Shown: positions 18,990 to 29,755 of the stretch, in pieces
Layout of the letters: each line of letters opens with the position of its first letter
Position numbering within the stretch: the first letter of the stretch is position 1
Assembly (NCBI GenBank): GCA_937981915.1
Contig: CALJMD010000211.1
Location: 156-64,155, forward strand
DNA length: 64,000 nt
DNA from: an uncultured Acidimicrobiales bacterium
Lineage (GTDB): Bacteria; Actinomycetota; Acidimicrobiia; Acidimicrobiales; SZUA-35
Reading direction: 5' to 3'
Position numbers and translations under genes: made by a program
The notes under the pieces: generated by a model
Told to the model about the DNA's origin: nothing
The model's input: only the letters and a program-made list of their open reading frames with translations
The model's database searches: none

Positions 18990-19279
18990 GCGTCAGCGTC
19001 CTCATCGACTTCTTCGGTTGCCTCTGACTCCGAGGCGGAAACCTTGTTGGCCACCGATGCCCTCGCCACCCTCAGCTCAACGCCATCGGCGACTTCGAGC
19101 CAGAGGACGTCATCGTCCACAGCATTCACGAAGCCAAAGATGCCGGAGTTGGTCAGCACCTCGTCACCTTCGCCCAGCGATTCAATGAGCCTCTTGTGCT
19201 CCCGGGCCCGACGTTGCTGGGGCAAAAACAGCACCAGATACATCAACAAGCCAAATGCTATAAGGATGACGAAATCCAC
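18986..19279 (-). CDS. yajC: preprotein translocase subunit YajC
   Basis: 97 aa. One TM helix followed by LPQQRRAREHKRLIESLGEGDEVLTNSGIFG. GTG start preceded by GGAGGTGA. Confidence 0.85.
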   Translation of the reverse strand: MDFVILIAFGLLMYLVLFLPQQRRAREHKRLIESLGEGDEVLTNSGIFGFVNAVDDDVLWLEVADGVELRVARASVANKVSASESEATEEVDEDADA

Positions 19280-19468
19280 GGTGGATCACCTCCAGCCAGC
19301 GAACACTAGCGGTTCGCTCCTTCGATTCGCACCAGACCCGGAAGTTAGTAACAGCTCTGTTATTCACCGACTACCCACCGTCCGGCGGCGCTCAACGACC
19401 AAGCCTAAGGGACAGAGGCCGCGGTTGAACCGCGCGTCGGACGCGACAGTCGCTCGATCGAGGCGGCT

Positions 19469-20605
19469 TCAGGACGCGGCCGGACCGTCCTCGCCGCTCT
19501 TGGAACCACTCAGCCAGACATCATGAACCTCGCGCCTGAGTGCCTCGAAGGTTCCCTGGGCGATCGCCGATCGCATCCGCTCAGTCAAGTTGGCCAACCA
19601 GGCCAGATTGTGAAGAGTGATGATCCGCCCCGCCGTCGGCTCGTTTGTAACCAGCAAATGACGGATGTAGGCCCGCGAATAACGTCCCGACAGATCATGC
19701 TGGAAGTCCGGGTCGATCGGTCCATCGTCGTCGGCAAACCGCAGATTGCGAAGGTTGAGCCTCCCCTGCGATGTCAGCGCCGTGCCGTGACGAGCGAGGC
19801 GGGTGGGCAGCACACAGTCGAACATGTCGACGCCGTTGTTGACCGCCTCCACCAAGCCCACCGGGTCGCCGAGACCCATGAAGTAGCGGGGTCGGTCGAC
19901 CGGCAGGTTGCGAGTTGCCGCAGCCAGAGCGGGAACCATTTTGTGGCGACTCTCACCCACCGATAAGCCGCCGACGGCGTAGCCGTCGAAGTCGAGCTCG
20001 ACGGTTCGCTGTGCCGACTCTTCCCGAAGATCGAGCTCCACTCCCCCTTGAACGATTCCGAACTGGGCCTGAGTGGGATGACGATGAGCGCTTCGGCATC
20101 GCTCGGCCCATTGCAGCGTCAGATCCATATCGCGGCGCAATGTCTCCGGCTCGGCCGGAAGTGCGCTGCAGACATCCAGGACCATGGCGATGTCGGAGCC
20201 CAGCTGTTCTTGAACGAGAGTGGCCTTTTCCGGGCTCAAGTCGACGTAGGCGCCGTCGTACACCGAACGAAAGCGGGCACCGTCTGCGGTGATCTTCGGT
20301 TCAAGGGAAAAGATTTGATAGCCACCGGAATCGGTGAGGATGTGGCCGTCCCAAGCCATGAACGTGTGGAGTCCGCCTCGAGCGGCGATGAGGTCGGCTC
20401 CGGGACGCTCCATCAGGTGGTAAGTGTTCGCCAGCAGAATCGGCGGCCCGAGGCGTTCCAAGTCGGCGGTATCCAAGGTCTTCACCGCCGCCCTAGTGCC
20501 AACCGGCATGAACACCGGTGTCTCCACCACGCCGCGCGGTGTTGTCAGTAGGCCTGTCCTGGCTGCGCCATCGGTATGGGTGACGTTCATTGCGGTCTTG
20601 GTCAT
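19469..20605 (-). CDS. tgt: tRNA-guanine transglycosylase
   Basis: ETPVFMPVGTRAAVK, LLANTYHLMERPG, LTDSGGYQIFSL and AVGGLSVGE motifs. Confidence 0.95.
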   Translation of the reverse strand: MTKTAMNVTHTDGAARTGLLTTPRGVVETPVFMPVGTRAAVKTLDTADLERLGPPILLANTYHLMERPGADLIAARGGLHTFMAWDGHILTDSGGYQIFSLEPKITADGARFRSVYDGAYVDLSPEKATLVQEQLGSDIAMVLDVCSALPAEPETLRRDMDLTLQWAERCRSAHRHPTQAQFGIVQGGVELDLREESAQRTVELDFDGYAVGGLSVGESRHKMVPALAAATRNLPVDRPRYFMGLGDPVGLVEAVNNGVDMFDCVLPTRLARHGTALTSQGRLNLRNLRFADDDGPIDPDFQHDLSGRYSRAYIRHLLVTNEPTAGRIITLHNLAWLANLTERMRSAIAQGTFEALRREVHDVWLSGSKSGEDGPAAS

Positions 20606-21612
20606 TGTGCGTGCTCTACTTCGCTGCTTGGCGCCAACAACATGCAGTCGCCAAAGGACAAGAAACGATAACCGTCAGCCAGCGCGGTGCGGTACAGAGC
20701 CCGCCAACGGTCACCGATCAACGCGTGCACCAACACCAATAGCGACGACTTCGGCACGTGAAAGTTGGTGAGTAGACAATCAACGATCTTCCAGCGGTAG
20801 CCGGACGTGATGAACAGCTCAGTGGCTCCCGACAGATTCGACGTTGCCGCCGCGGACTCCAGCGTGCGTACGACCGTGGTTCCGACGGCCAGCACTCTGT
20901 CGGCCGCCGTTATCGTGTCCCACGCCTCAGGCGAAATGTGATAGCGCTCGGAGTGCATGACATGATCTTCAATTCGTTCCGTCGTGATCGGCTTGAAGGT
21001 GCCCAAACCGACCTGCAGCTCGACGGTCACCAACCGGGCGCCGGTCGCTTCTACCCGTTTGATTAGCTCAGGGGTTAGATGGAGCCCGGCGGTTGGGGCC
21101 GCCACCGACGCCGGATTGCGGGCGAAGACGGTCTGGTAGCGTTCCGGATCGGCCACGGCCTCGTGGATGTAGGGAGGAAGAGGCATTTCGCCGGCCAGCT
21201 CTATGGTTCCGTCGCTGACAGTAACCAGCCGACGGCCGTCACTCAGGACTGCTCCGACATCGACCAGCGGGTTCCCGTCCAGATAGAGAGTCGTTCCCTC
21301 CGGCACTCGACGTCCGGGGCGCACCAGGGCCTCCCATTGGCCGGGCACTGCGGTCTGCGACAACAGAAGGACCTCAACGGCTCCCCCTGTCTCTTTGCGA
21401 AGCTGCAATCGGGCGGCCAGCACCTTGGTGTCGTTCACGACAACGACGTCGCCCGGCCCGACCAACTGATCTAATTCGCTCACCCGACGATGGACGACGT
21501 CTCGGCCGGTGGCGTCCAACATGCGAGCAGAGTCGCGTGGTTCGACCGGCTGTTGGGCGATCGCTACGTCTGGAAGGTGGTAGTCGAAGTCTTCGACGTT
21601 CATCTCAGCCAA
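20602..21612 (-). CDS. queA: S-adenosylmethionine:tRNA ribosyltransferase-isomerase
   Basis: FDYHLPDVAIAQQPVEPRDSARML N-terminus, VAAPTAGLHLT and VGTTVVRTLES. 4-nt overlap with tgt. Confidence 0.95.
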   Translation of the reverse strand: MAEMNVEDFDYHLPDVAIAQQPVEPRDSARMLDATGRDVVHRRVSELDQLVGPGDVVVVNDTKVLAARLQLRKETGGAVEVLLLSQTAVPGQWEALVRPGRRVPEGTTLYLDGNPLVDVGAVLSDGRRLVTVSDGTIELAGEMPLPPYIHEAVADPERYQTVFARNPASVAAPTAGLHLTPELIKRVEATGARLVTVELQVGLGTFKPITTERIEDHVMHSERYHISPEAWDTITAADRVLAVGTTVVRTLESAAATSNLSGATELFITSGYRWKIVDCLLTNFHVPKSSLLVLVHALIGDRWRALYRTALADGYRFLSFGDCMLLAPSSEVEHAQ

Positions 21613-21639
21613 GGCTAGGGGCGTTGTGAACCGGCCGGG

Positions 21640-22728
21640 TCAGTCGAACAACGTCGACACTTCCGGAGCGTCATCGGCTTCAGGCGGAGGTGCCAGACCA
21701 ATGTGTTGCCACGCCGCGTTGGTTGCTACTCGTCCCCGAGCCGTGCGAATCAAAAGACCCTGTTGGATGAGGAACGGCTCAACCACTTCTTCGACCGTTT
21801 CGGTCTGTTCACCAACACTGATGGCCAACGTCGACAAGCCCACCGGGCCACCGCCGAAACGCTCACACAGGTTGCTCAACAAGATTCGATCCACCTTGTC
21901 GAGACCGAGCTCGTCGATGCCGAACACCGCAAGGCCATCGGCAGCCGTCTCCTGGTCGATGTCACCGTGTTGGCGAACTTCGGCGAAGTCACGGACACGT
22001 CGAAGTAGTCGGTTGGCGATACGGGGAGTTCCACGACTTCGGCGGGCGATCTCATGGGCGCCTGCATCATCGATGACGACGTCCAACACCCCTGCCGTCC
22101 GAGTGACGATTTGTTGCAGATCCTCTTCGTCGTAGTAGTCGAGCCGGAAGGCGAACCCGAAGCGGTCGCGAAGTGGCCCGGTAATGAGCCCTGTGCGAGT
22201 GGTCGCTCCGACAAGCGTGAACGGCTCAAGGTCAAACCGAATCGATCGGGCAGCCGGCCCCTTACCCAAAAGAACATCGAGCTGAAGGTCTTCCATCGCC
22301 GGATACAGCACTTCTTCAACCACTCGCGGCAGCCGATGGATTTCGTCGATAAACAGGACGTCGCCTGCTTCAAGCTTGGTCAGGATCGACGCCAGGTCAC
22401 CGGCTCGTTCGATTGCCGGACCGGACGTGATATGTAAATGGGCGCCGAGCTCGGTCGCCACGATCCCGGCCAACGTCGTCTTGCCCAGCCCGGGAGGACC
22501 GGCGAACAGCAGGTGGTCAGCGGCCTGCTCCCGCCCTCTGGCGGCCTCGAGAATGATTCCGAGACGCTCCCGCAGTTCCCGTTGGCCAACGAAGTCGTCA
22601 AGCGACCGAGGCCGCAGCTGGGACTCTTCCGACCCGTCGCCGGGATCCGACCAATCAGCGAGCAGACGTGACGCCTCAGCGGCTTCCTCCTCATTTGAGG
22701 ACGGGTCGATTAGTTCATCTCGTGGCAC
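21640..22728 (-). CDS. ruvB: Holliday junction branch migration helicase RuvB
   Basis: Walker [12 protein letters not shown], Walker [11 protein letters not shown], and [18 protein letters not shown]. Confidence 0.95.
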   Translation of the reverse strand: MPRDELIDPSSNEEEAAEASRLLADWSDPGDGSEESQLRPRSLDDFVGQRELRERLGIILEAARGREQAADHLLFAGPPGLGKTTLAGIVATELGAHLHITSGPAIERAGDLASILTKLEAGDVLFIDEIHRLPRVVEEVLYPAMEDLQLDVLLGKGPAARSIRFDLEPFTLVGATTRTGLITGPLRDRFGFAFRLDYYDEEDLQQIVTRTAGVLDVVIDDAGAHEIARRSRGTPRIANRLLRRVRDFAEVRQHGDIDQETAADGLAVFGIDELGLDKVDRILLSNLCERFGGGPVGLSTLAISVGEQTETVEEVVEPFLIQQGLLIRTARGRVATNAAWQHIGLAPPPEADDAPEVSTLFD

Positions 22729-22747
22729 AGAGCGATCCTTGCCTCGG

Positions 22748-23377
22748 TCAGACCGTTGAGAGCGCCAGAAGCGCCTTCTTCAGAAGCTGGCCGGAGTCCA
22801 TGGTCTCACTGTCCGTCGGCTTGAGCGTTGCCAGCGCTTTGCGCACTTCGGCAGTGGAATACCCCAGGCTGGTGAGCGCTTCGCGTACGTCACCCAATGC
22901 ATCGGTAGAACCATTAACAGAGACGGTGGCAGCGGCACTAACGTCGCCGTCGAGGACGGGAAGCACCACCGAGTTTTTCAGTTCCACCAGCAGGCGCTGA
23001 GCCGTCTTCTTGCCCACCCCTGGAACCTGACACAGAGCGTCGAGGTCATCGTCGTTCAAGATTCGTGCCAGCTCGTGCACCGGATGTGTAGCCATGACGG
23101 CCAACGCCAGTGACGGGCCGACACCATGGGCGCCCAGAAGTCCTTCAAAGGCGTTGCGGTCGGCGACGGTCAAGAACCCGTACAGTCGTTGATCGGCTTC
23201 GCGAATGTGGTGGTGAACGAATAGCAGCGTTTCGGTGTCGGCCGGCACCCGGGCCGATGTGGCCGCCGTCGTTTGCACCCGGTAGCCGACCCCGGCCACC
23301 TCAATCGTTAGCTCTGCAGGGGCACCGTCGAGCGCGACCTCTCGGTCGATGACGGTTCCTCGAAGCGATCCAATCAT
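22748..23377 (-). CDS. ruvA: Holliday junction DNA-binding protein RuvA
   Basis: [10 protein letters not shown]-terminus, helix-hairpin-helix [20 protein letters not shown], and a C-terminal domain III. Confidence 0.9.
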   Translation of the reverse strand: MIGSLRGTVIDREVALDGAPAELTIEVAGVGYRVQTTAATSARVPADTETLLFVHHHIREADQRLYGFLTVADRNAFEGLLGAHGVGPSLALAVMATHPVHELARILNDDDLDALCQVPGVGKKTAQRLLVELKNSVVLPVLDGDVSAAATVSVNGSTDALGDVREALTSLGYSTAEVRKALATLKPTDSETMDSGQLLKKALLALSTV

Positions 23378-23898
23378 GTCGTCACCCCCAGTTGAGCAGG
23401 CGAGCGATCACGCCCCAACCGCAGCTGAGGATCATGAGCGAGGTGACACAGGGCCAATGCCGCTGCATCGGCGGCGTCAGCTGGCTTTGGAGTCTGTCGA
23501 AGATCCAAAAGAACCTGCACCATGGTCTGCATCTGCCCCTTGTCCGCTGCACCGTCGCCCGCCACCACGGACTTTACCTCCGACGGTGAGTATTGGGCGA
23601 TGGCGATACCTCGAGCCGCGCCAAGTGCCAGAATGAGACCCGACGCCTGCGCTACTCCAACAGCCGTTCGTACGTTTCGCTGAAAGAAGATGCGTTCGAC
23701 GGAAACAACCGCCGGCTGGTAGTCATCCAACAATTCGGTGAAGTCGGTCAGCAGCTGGGCCAGCCGAATCGGGGTTTCTTCGGAACTCTCAGTGCGGAGC
23801 ACGCCGAGTGCCTTGGCCCGCGCTTTTCCGCGGCCGAGGGGTTCCAGCACGGCGTAGCCACACCGCGACAAGCCGGGATCAATGCCCAAGACGAACAT
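23374..23898 (-). CDS. ruvC: crossover junction endodeoxyribonuclease RuvC
   Basis: VLGIDPGLSRCGYAV catalytic Asp motif, VERIFFQRNVRTA and DAADAAALALCH. 4-nt overlap with ruvA. Confidence 0.9.
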   Translation of the reverse strand: MFVLGIDPGLSRCGYAVLEPLGRGKARAKALGVLRTESSEETPIRLAQLLTDFTELLDDYQPAVVSVERIFFQRNVRTAVGVAQASGLILALGAARGIAIAQYSPSEVKSVVAGDGAADKGQMQTMVQVLLDLRQTPKPADAADAAALALCHLAHDPQLRLGRDRSPAQLGVTT

Positions 23899-24001
23899 TC
23901 GTACGATGTTAGCCCATCAAAAGCGCTCGTCGTTGGATGTCGCCGGGCCCGATAGCACCACCGACCTATGCGCGTAGGCGGAAAAGGGTCGACGGGAAAA
24001 G

Positions 24002-25162
24002 GTGCCAATGAAACCTGTCGCCCCACGTTCATTGCGATCCGCCGAATCCGCTGGAACTGAAGCAGATGAGGTTGGCCATCGTCGGCGCGACGATCAACCC
24101 GCATCACAAGACCCTGTTGCAGCGCAGCGGGATTCTTCCCCGTCATCGAGAGGGCGCCAAAAGAGCCCCGACGGGACTGAACGGGTCGACGCTACAGACG
24201 TTGTCTCGATTGTGAACGCATCGAAGTCGTTCGGTGACGTTCCGGCTCTTCGATCGCTCAACCTGCGCGTGCCTCACGCCCGGATCACGGTGTTGCTTGG
24301 GCCCAACGGCGCAGGCAAGACGACGGCTATCAGACTGATAACCGGTGCCCTCACCGCCGACCAAGGTCAGGTGGCCATTTTCGGTAGCGACCCGACCGGC
24401 CCTGAAGGAGAGCAAATCCGCACCCGGTGCGGCGTGGTGTCGGCGAAACCCTCGTTGTACGACCGCCTGACCGGCTACGACAATCTTCAATACGCGGCAC
24501 AGCTCTACGGACTGAAGTCGTCGATCATGGACGCTCGAATACGGCAATCAGCCGCCCAGTTCGACATCGATGATGCTTTGGCCCAACGAGTGGGCGGTTA
24601 CTCAACCGGTATGAAAACCCGGCTGGCGTTGGCCCGAGCGACCCTGCACGACCCCGACCTGTTGCTTTTGGATGAACCGACATCGGGCCTTGACCCGGAG
24701 TCAGCCCTGGCCGTTCTCGCCATGGTTCGAGAGATGACGGCCAACGACAAGTCCGTTCTGATGTGCACTCATCTGCTGTCAGAAGCCGAAGGATTGGCCG
24801 ACGAAGTGGTCGTCATCGATGCAGGCACCGATCTCGAAACCGGCGCCCAGAAGGCGCTGACCGACCGCTACTGGCCGGACAAGACCGTCGACGTGTCAGT
24901 CACCCACCCCTCGGCGACCGCTGTCATCGAGTCCACCCCGGGTGTGAGCGCGGTAGAGCCAATAGACGACGGCCTGAGAGTCCAACTGGCCGACCTCGAT
25001 CTGGTCCCCGGACTGGTCGAGCGACTGGTAGGCGAAGGGCTCGCCGTCCGCTCTGTTGTACCCAAGCAGCCAACGCTGGAAGACCTCTATTTCGCCATCC
25101 GGAAACGACACCGCAGCGACGTCGAGCACCCGGCCGCAGACGAGCACGGAGAACAGACATGA
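24002..25162 (+). CDS. ABC transporter ATP-binding protein (ABC-2/NatA-like)
   Basis: Walker A GPNGAGKTT, signature YSTGMKTRL, Walker B LLLLDEPTSGLD and H-loop CTHLL. About 70 non-conserved N-terminal residues. The in-frame starts are GTG 24002, ATG 24008 and TTG 24032. Confidence 0.85.
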   Translation: MPMKPVAPRSLRSAESAGTEADEVGHRRRDDQPASQDPVAAQRDSSPSSRGRQKSPDGTERVDATDVVSIVNASKSFGDVPALRSLNLRVPHARITVLLGPNGAGKTTAIRLITGALTADQGQVAIFGSDPTGPEGEQIRTRCGVVSAKPSLYDRLTGYDNLQYAAQLYGLKSSIMDARIRQSAAQFDIDDALAQRVGGYSTGMKTRLALARATLHDPDLLLLDEPTSGLDPESALAVLAMVREMTANDKSVLMCTHLLSEAEGLADEVVVIDAGTDLETGAQKALTDRYWPDKTVDVSVTHPSATAVIESTPGVSAVEPIDDGLRVQLADLDLVPGLVERLVGEGLAVRSVVPKQPTLEDLYFAIRKRHRSDVEHPAADEHGEQT

Positions 25163-25989
25163 GCGCCACCAACTGGAGCCGAGTCGCGACAGTAGCCAGA
25201 ACCGATCTGCGGCAACTTCGCCAGGCCAAGGACTTTTGGCTTCCGATGCTGCTCCTCGGAGGCGCTTTCTTTGTCCTGATCCCCTCGGTGTTGTTTTTCA
25301 CCATCGCTCAGATCGGAAGCGTTGAGGTGGTGGACCGCATGTCGGACACACTTCAGGTTCTGCCCCCCGAGGCGGCCGCCCAGATCGAGGGAACCAGCCC
25401 CCAAGGCCGGACCGGCTATGCCCTTGCCGTCTTCCTGTTCGCCCCCGTCGCCGTCATCGTTCCACTGACGATCTCTACTGCGGTTGGTGCCGCCACAATT
25501 GTCGGCGAGCGAGAGCGTGGTACCGGCGAGTTTTTGGCCCACTCCCCTGCCTCGGCCCGGGAAATCTACCTTGGCAAATTGATCGCCAGCGTTGTTCCCG
25601 GTTACCTCACCGTTGTCATTGGCTTCACGCTCTACTCGCTGATCGTCAACTTGACCATTGGACCGAGCGTCGGAAGATGGTTCTTCCCAACCAAACAGTG
25701 GTGGGTGATGCTGCTGTGGGTGTTGCCACCATTCCTGGCACTGTGCCTGTCAATGGTGCTGCGGCTCTCTGCCCGGGTCACGTCGACAGCGGCGGCCCAG
25801 CAAGCCTCCGGGCTCATCAGCTTGCCGCTCATTATGGTCGCGTACAGCCAGGCCACCGGAGTCCTGTTCGGCTCGGGCACCGCGGCGTACGTGGTCGGCG
25901 GTCTGGCTTGGCTCTTGGCGCTATTTTCGCTGCGACGCGGGGTACGCAGCGTCACTCGTTCCCGTCTACTGGGTGTGGCCGGCACCTAG
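25159..25989 (+). CDS. ABC-2 type transporter permease
   Basis: ATG 25159 forms an ATGA overlap with the ATPase stop. About 6 predicted TM segments. The GERERGTGEFL motif resembles the E(K/R)ERGT(L/I)E motif of NatB/ABC-2 permeases. Confidence 0.75.
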   Translation: MSATNWSRVATVARTDLRQLRQAKDFWLPMLLLGGAFFVLIPSVLFFTIAQIGSVEVVDRMSDTLQVLPPEAAAQIEGTSPQGRTGYALAVFLFAPVAVIVPLTISTAVGAATIVGERERGTGEFLAHSPASAREIYLGKLIASVVPGYLTVVIGFTLYSLIVNLTIGPSVGRWFFPTKQWWVMLLWVLPPFLALCLSMVLRLSARVTSTAAAQQASGLISLPLIMVAYSQATGVLFGSGTAAYVVGGLAWLLALFSLRRGVRSVTRSRLLGVAGT

Positions 25990-26030
25990 CGGACGCCGCC
26001 CGTGTCTAACTGGGCAACGCCGAACGAATG

Positions 26031-26777
26031 CTATTGCAGTGCATCGATGACGTCGTCGTCGATGTCAATGTTCGAGTGGACATCTTGAACGTCGTCAGAG
26101 TCATCGAGGGCTTCGACCAGGTTCAGCACCGACTTCACCTGACCGACATCGGCCATCGGCACCGTGTTTGACGGCACCATCGTGGTGTCAGACTCTTCCA
26201 CTGCGATGCCTGCGTCTTCGAGTGCGGCACGAAGGTCCAACATGTCACCGGGAGCGCAGGTGACCTGCCAGATCTCGCCGAGATCTTCTAGATCCTCGGC
26301 GCCGTTATCGAGTCCGACCATCATCACGTCGTCTTCGTCGACAGACTTCGGCACCTTGACGACACCTTTTCGCTCGAACTGCCACGACACGGCGCCTGGC
26401 TCGGCCAGTGAACCACCGTTCTTCGACAACATCGAACGAATCTCCGACCCGGTTCGATTCCGGTTGTCGGTCAGGGTCTCAATCAGCAGTGCGACACCAC
26501 CCGGGGCGTAGCCCTCATAGGTGATGGACTCGTAGCTAACGCCTTCAAGTTCGCCGGTACCCCGTTTGACTGCACGCTCGATGGTGTCAAGGGGTACCGA
26601 GTTGTCCCGGGCTTTCTGGAACATCGTTCGCAGCGTCGGGTTGGCGTCGGGGTCTCCACCACCCTGTCGGGCCGCCACTTCGACCTGCTTAATCAGCTTG
26701 GCGAAGAGCTTGCCGCGTTTAGCGTCAGCGGCGCCCTTCTTGTGTTTGATGGTTGCCCATTTGGAATGACCCGACAC
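26031..26777 (-). CDS. yebC: YebC/PmpR family DNA-binding transcriptional regulator
   Basis: MSGHSKWATIKHKKGAADAKRGKLFAKL N-terminus. 248 aa. Confidence 0.9.
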   Translation of the reverse strand: MSGHSKWATIKHKKGAADAKRGKLFAKLIKQVEVAARQGGGDPDANPTLRTMFQKARDNSVPLDTIERAVKRGTGELEGVSYESITYEGYAPGGVALLIETLTDNRNRTGSEIRSMLSKNGGSLAEPGAVSWQFERKGVVKVPKSVDEDDVMMVGLDNGAEDLEDLGEIWQVTCAPGDMLDLRAALEDAGIAVEESDTTMVPSNTVPMADVGQVKSVLNLVEALDDSDDVQDVHSNIDIDDDVIDALQ

Positions 26778-26865
26778 GTGCGTCTCCCATCAATGTCGTC
26801 CGGACCGGTCGTCGGCCAGTCTAGGGCAAGTTCAGGCCAGCCAATGCGGGGGCGGGCCGCAGAGG

Positions 26866-27498
26866 CTACAGACGATCGAGAAACAACCGGTGCAGACGAT
26901 CGTCATCGGTCAACTCAGGATGAAAAGACACCACCGAAACATGACCGGAACGACACATCACCGGGTCACCGTCTACCTCGGCCAAGACATCAACTTCAGC
27001 CCCCACCCTGGTAACTACGGGAGCCCGGATAAACACCGCTCGAAACGATGATCCGTCCAAACCTTCAACGGCAATGTCAGCCTCGAATGAGTTGATCTGG
27101 CGTCCGTAGCCGTTGCGGCGAACATCGATGTCGATCACGTCAAACGGGACCTGATCCGGCCTGCCATCGGCAATCTCTTTGGCCAACAAGATCATCCCCG
27201 CACAGGTACCGAACACCGGTAGTCCATCGTTGAGACGCTCGGCCAGCGGTGTCCTGAGCTCCAACCGGTCCAGCAACATGGCCATGGTGGTCGATTCCCC
27301 ACCGGGAATCACCAACGCATCGCAAGCGGCCAGCTGCTCAGGGGTCCGAACTTCGAACGCGTCGGCTCCGCACCGTGTCAGAGACTCAACGTGGCGGGCA
27401 AACGCGCCCTGCAAGGCCAGAACGCCGACTCGGTGTGTCGGCTTGTCAGTTGACGTCAACTGTTTCGGGCTCCGACCCGTTGCCAGCTCGGATGCCAA
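26866..27498 (-). CDS. pdxT: pyridoxal 5'-phosphate synthase glutaminase subunit PdxT
   Basis: VGVLALQGAF, catalytic Cys context GTCAGMILL, and SFHPELT. TTG start at 27498. An internal TTG (L14) is an alternative start. Confidence 0.9.
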   Translation of the reverse strand: MASELATGRSPKQLTSTDKPTHRVGVLALQGAFARHVESLTRCGADAFEVRTPEQLAACDALVIPGGESTTMAMLLDRLELRTPLAERLNDGLPVFGTCAGMILLAKEIADGRPDQVPFDVIDIDVRRNGYGRQINSFEADIAVEGLDGSSFRAVFIRAPVVTRVGAEVDVLAEVDGDPVMCRSGHVSVVSFHPELTDDDRLHRLFLDRL

Positions 27499-27502
27499 GT
27501 GA

Positions 27503-28411
27503 CTACCAGCCGCGCTCGGACAGGCGAACGTCGATGTCGTCCATATCGATGCCCGTCATAGGGGCACCCAGTCCCCGGCTTACCTTGGCCAAAATCTCAG
27601 CGTCTTCAAAGTTGGTGGTCGCTTCAACAATGGCTTTCGCTCTCGGTGCCGGATCGTTGCTCTTGAAGATGCCGGATCCAACAAAGACGGCTTCAGCGCC
27701 AAGCTGCATGGCCAGTGCCGCATCAGCCGGAGTGGCTAGGCCACCAGCGCAGAACAACGGCACCTGCAACTTGCCGGTCTCGGCAATCTCCTGAATCAAC
27801 GGAAGTGGGGCCTGAAGCGATTTCGCCCACTGGAAGAGCTCAGCCTCATCGGACTGTGTGATCCTGCGAATGTCGCCGATGATCGAGCGAAGGTGACGAA
27901 CCGCCTCCACTACGTTTCCGGTTCCGGCCTCGCCCTTGGAACGGATCATGCAAGCGCCCTCGCTGATGCGTCGAAGCGCCTCACCAAGATTTGTCGCTCC
28001 GCACACGAAGGGCACGGCAAACGCGAACTTGTCGATGTGGTGCGCCTCATCGGCGGGAGTGAGAACCTCGGACTCGTCGACGTAGTCCACGCCGAGCGCC
28101 TGAAGGATTTGGGCTTCAACGAAGTGGCCGATGCGGGCCTTGGCCATCACCGGGATGGTCACGACTTCTTTGATGCCTTCGATCATTTCCGGGTCGCTCA
28201 TTCGAGCAACCCCGCCATCGCGGCGGATGTCCGCCGGTACTCGTTCCAGCGCCATAACGGCGGTAGCGCCGGCGTCTTCGGCGACTTTGGCCTGCTCGGG
28301 GGTTACGACGTCCATAATGACGCCGCCCTTAAGCATTTCGGCCAATCCTCGCTTCACTCGAACGGTTCCGTCGGTCCGGGAGGAGGTGTTATCGGATCCA
28401 GTCTCAGCCAT
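27503..28411 (-). CDS. pdxS: pyridoxal 5'-phosphate synthase lyase subunit PdxS
   Basis: [24 protein letters not shown] and [14 protein letters not shown] motifs. Confidence 0.95.
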   Translation of the reverse strand: MAETGSDNTSSRTDGTVRVKRGLAEMLKGGVIMDVVTPEQAKVAEDAGATAVMALERVPADIRRDGGVARMSDPEMIEGIKEVVTIPVMAKARIGHFVEAQILQALGVDYVDESEVLTPADEAHHIDKFAFAVPFVCGATNLGEALRRISEGACMIRSKGEAGTGNVVEAVRHLRSIIGDIRRITQSDEAELFQWAKSLQAPLPLIQEIAETGKLQVPLFCAGGLATPADAALAMQLGAEAVFVGSGIFKSNDPAPRAKAIVEATTNFEDAEILAKVSRGLGAPMTGIDMDDIDVRLSERGW

Positions 28412-28489
28412 AGCAACAGTGTACGGCTGACCGACCCCGACAGGCTGATCTTTTAACGTGACGGATGCCCATGCCGCAGTCGACGGGGC

Positions 28490-29755
28490 CTACGGCCACG
28501 AAGGAGGTTTTTCACCGGCACTGAAGCCCACTTGTCCCTGCTCAGGCATGAGTATCCAGGTACGTCCGAGTGTCAGGAGGATTTCATCGCCTGACGAGTC
28601 GACAAGGGTCAACGGCTCGGTGGCCTTGTCCCGCTGCCAACGGCCGACAATGACGTGTCCGGCGGTGAGTACAGCCACGTCACCTGAACCGGTTGAACGA
28701 ACCTCCGGCGAACGAGGGTCAGCCGAGCTTGCGCTGTAGTCGGTCACCATGATGACCACGTTCTCCGGGGCGAGTTGATCGCCGTCTGACGTCACATGGG
28801 GATTGCCGTCTTGGGTTCGCTGCCAGCCTCCAACCGTTGCGTCCCAGGTGTGGGTGACAACAGGGCTACCCCGGAAGTTCACCGTGACAGGGCCGGCAAT
28901 CGACTGCGCTTCGTCCGGCAGGTCACGGTTCAGACGGTCGAATTGGAACCACGGTTCAGGCGAGGCAATGTCGTCCGGCGCGAGGGCGTACAGATCGGAG
29001 GCGTTGACGAACAAGTTGTGAGGCGGCGGCCTGCCGCCGTTGCGGAAGTACTCCCGCCGGGTCAGGTTCGTTACTTCGATGATGGGAAGCCGCCGAAAGC
29101 CTGCCGCCACATTGGCGTTTCCGCCGGAAGACGCGTAGAGCGGACGATCGAAGCCCAACAACAAGTCGAAGTCCGATGTGCGACTGGAACGTACCGGGCC
29201 TACCGGGTCCGGAACCGACGATTGGAATACTGCGGCAAATCTGGTTACACCTTCGGCTCGGAGATCAAAGACCATGTCGGCCTGATCAAGTCCAGTCTGG
29301 GGGCGGGCCCTCGGGTGATTGTCGACCTTGACCATCAGTACCGGCCGGGCCGCAGCCTCGGCATTCGGGGCCGTCATACCAGTAAACGGATATCGGTTGC
29401 CATCCGCCTCAAGTCCTGCCAGATCGTTGTCGGAGGGGTCGAACAGCGGTTGGACCAGGTTCGCAGTAGAGGTCGGTGAGTCGTCAGGCAAATCATCAGC
29501 CAATTCATCCGCGAGCGCGCCATCAGCCAACAGTGAAGTCTGGAAATCGTCGCCCTGGTCAACGGCCTCGGACCTAAGACCGCTCGTCGACTCGTCTGCA
29601 GACGACTTTTCTCCCGCTTCGGGGGCCAGCGCCAGCGCTGCAGGTGATTCGTCATTGCTTGCTTCAAGGCCAGAACTGTCGCCGCATGCAGCGACAATCA
29701 GTAGGGCGATACTTCCGGCGGCGATCCACGAGTGGTATCGCCACCGTCGACTCAA
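28490..29755 (-). CDS. DUF3048-like secreted lipoprotein
   Basis: Lipoprotein signal with lipobox (ALLIVAAC). RPVLMVKVDNHPRARPQTGLDQADMVFDLRAEGVTRFAAVFQS matches the DUF3048 N-terminal domain pattern as I remember it. Confidence 0.7.
   Translation of the reverse strand: MSRRWRYHSWIAAGSIALLIVAACGDSSGLEASNDESPAALALAPEAGEKSSADESTSGLRSEAVDQGDDFQTSLLADGALADELADDLPDDSPTSTANLVQPLFDPSDNDLAGLEADGNRYPFTGMTAPNAEAAARPVLMVKVDNHPRARPQTGLDQADMVFDLRAEGVTRFAAVFQSSVPDPVGPVRSSRTSDFDLLLGFDRPLYASSGGNANVAAGFRRLPIIEVTNLTRREYFRNGGRPPPHNLFVNASDLYALAPDDIASPEPWFQFDRLNRDLPDEAQSIAGPVTVNFRGSPVVTHTWDATVGGWQRTQDGNPHVTSDGDQLAPENVVIMVTDYSASSADPRSPEVRSTGSGDVAVLTAGHVIVGRWQRDKATEPLTLVDSSGDEILLTLGRTWILMPEQGQVGFSAGEKPPSWP

Noticed and set aside
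19280-19468. 189-nt tgt-yajC spacer containing CCAGACCCGGAAGUUAGUAACAGC, which superficially resembles the SRP RNA helix-8 GGAA tetraloop region. It also holds a 6-codon mini-ORF (GTG TTC GCT GGC TGG AGG TGA) overlapping the yajC Shine-Dalgarno.
   Set aside because: The flanks of the GGAA do not base-pair as helix 8 requires, the motif is on the strand opposite to local transcription, and the spacer is too short for the full RNA. The mini-ORF has no support beyond chance occurrence.
24763-25158. In-frame upstream extension of the ABC-2 permease ORF (the track gives 408 aa starting at 24763), overlapping the ATPase gene.
   Set aside because: The extension is Arg/Pro-rich nonsense overlapping a well-supported ATPase frame. 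ATG 25159 gives an ATGA-coupled start immediately before the first TM segment.
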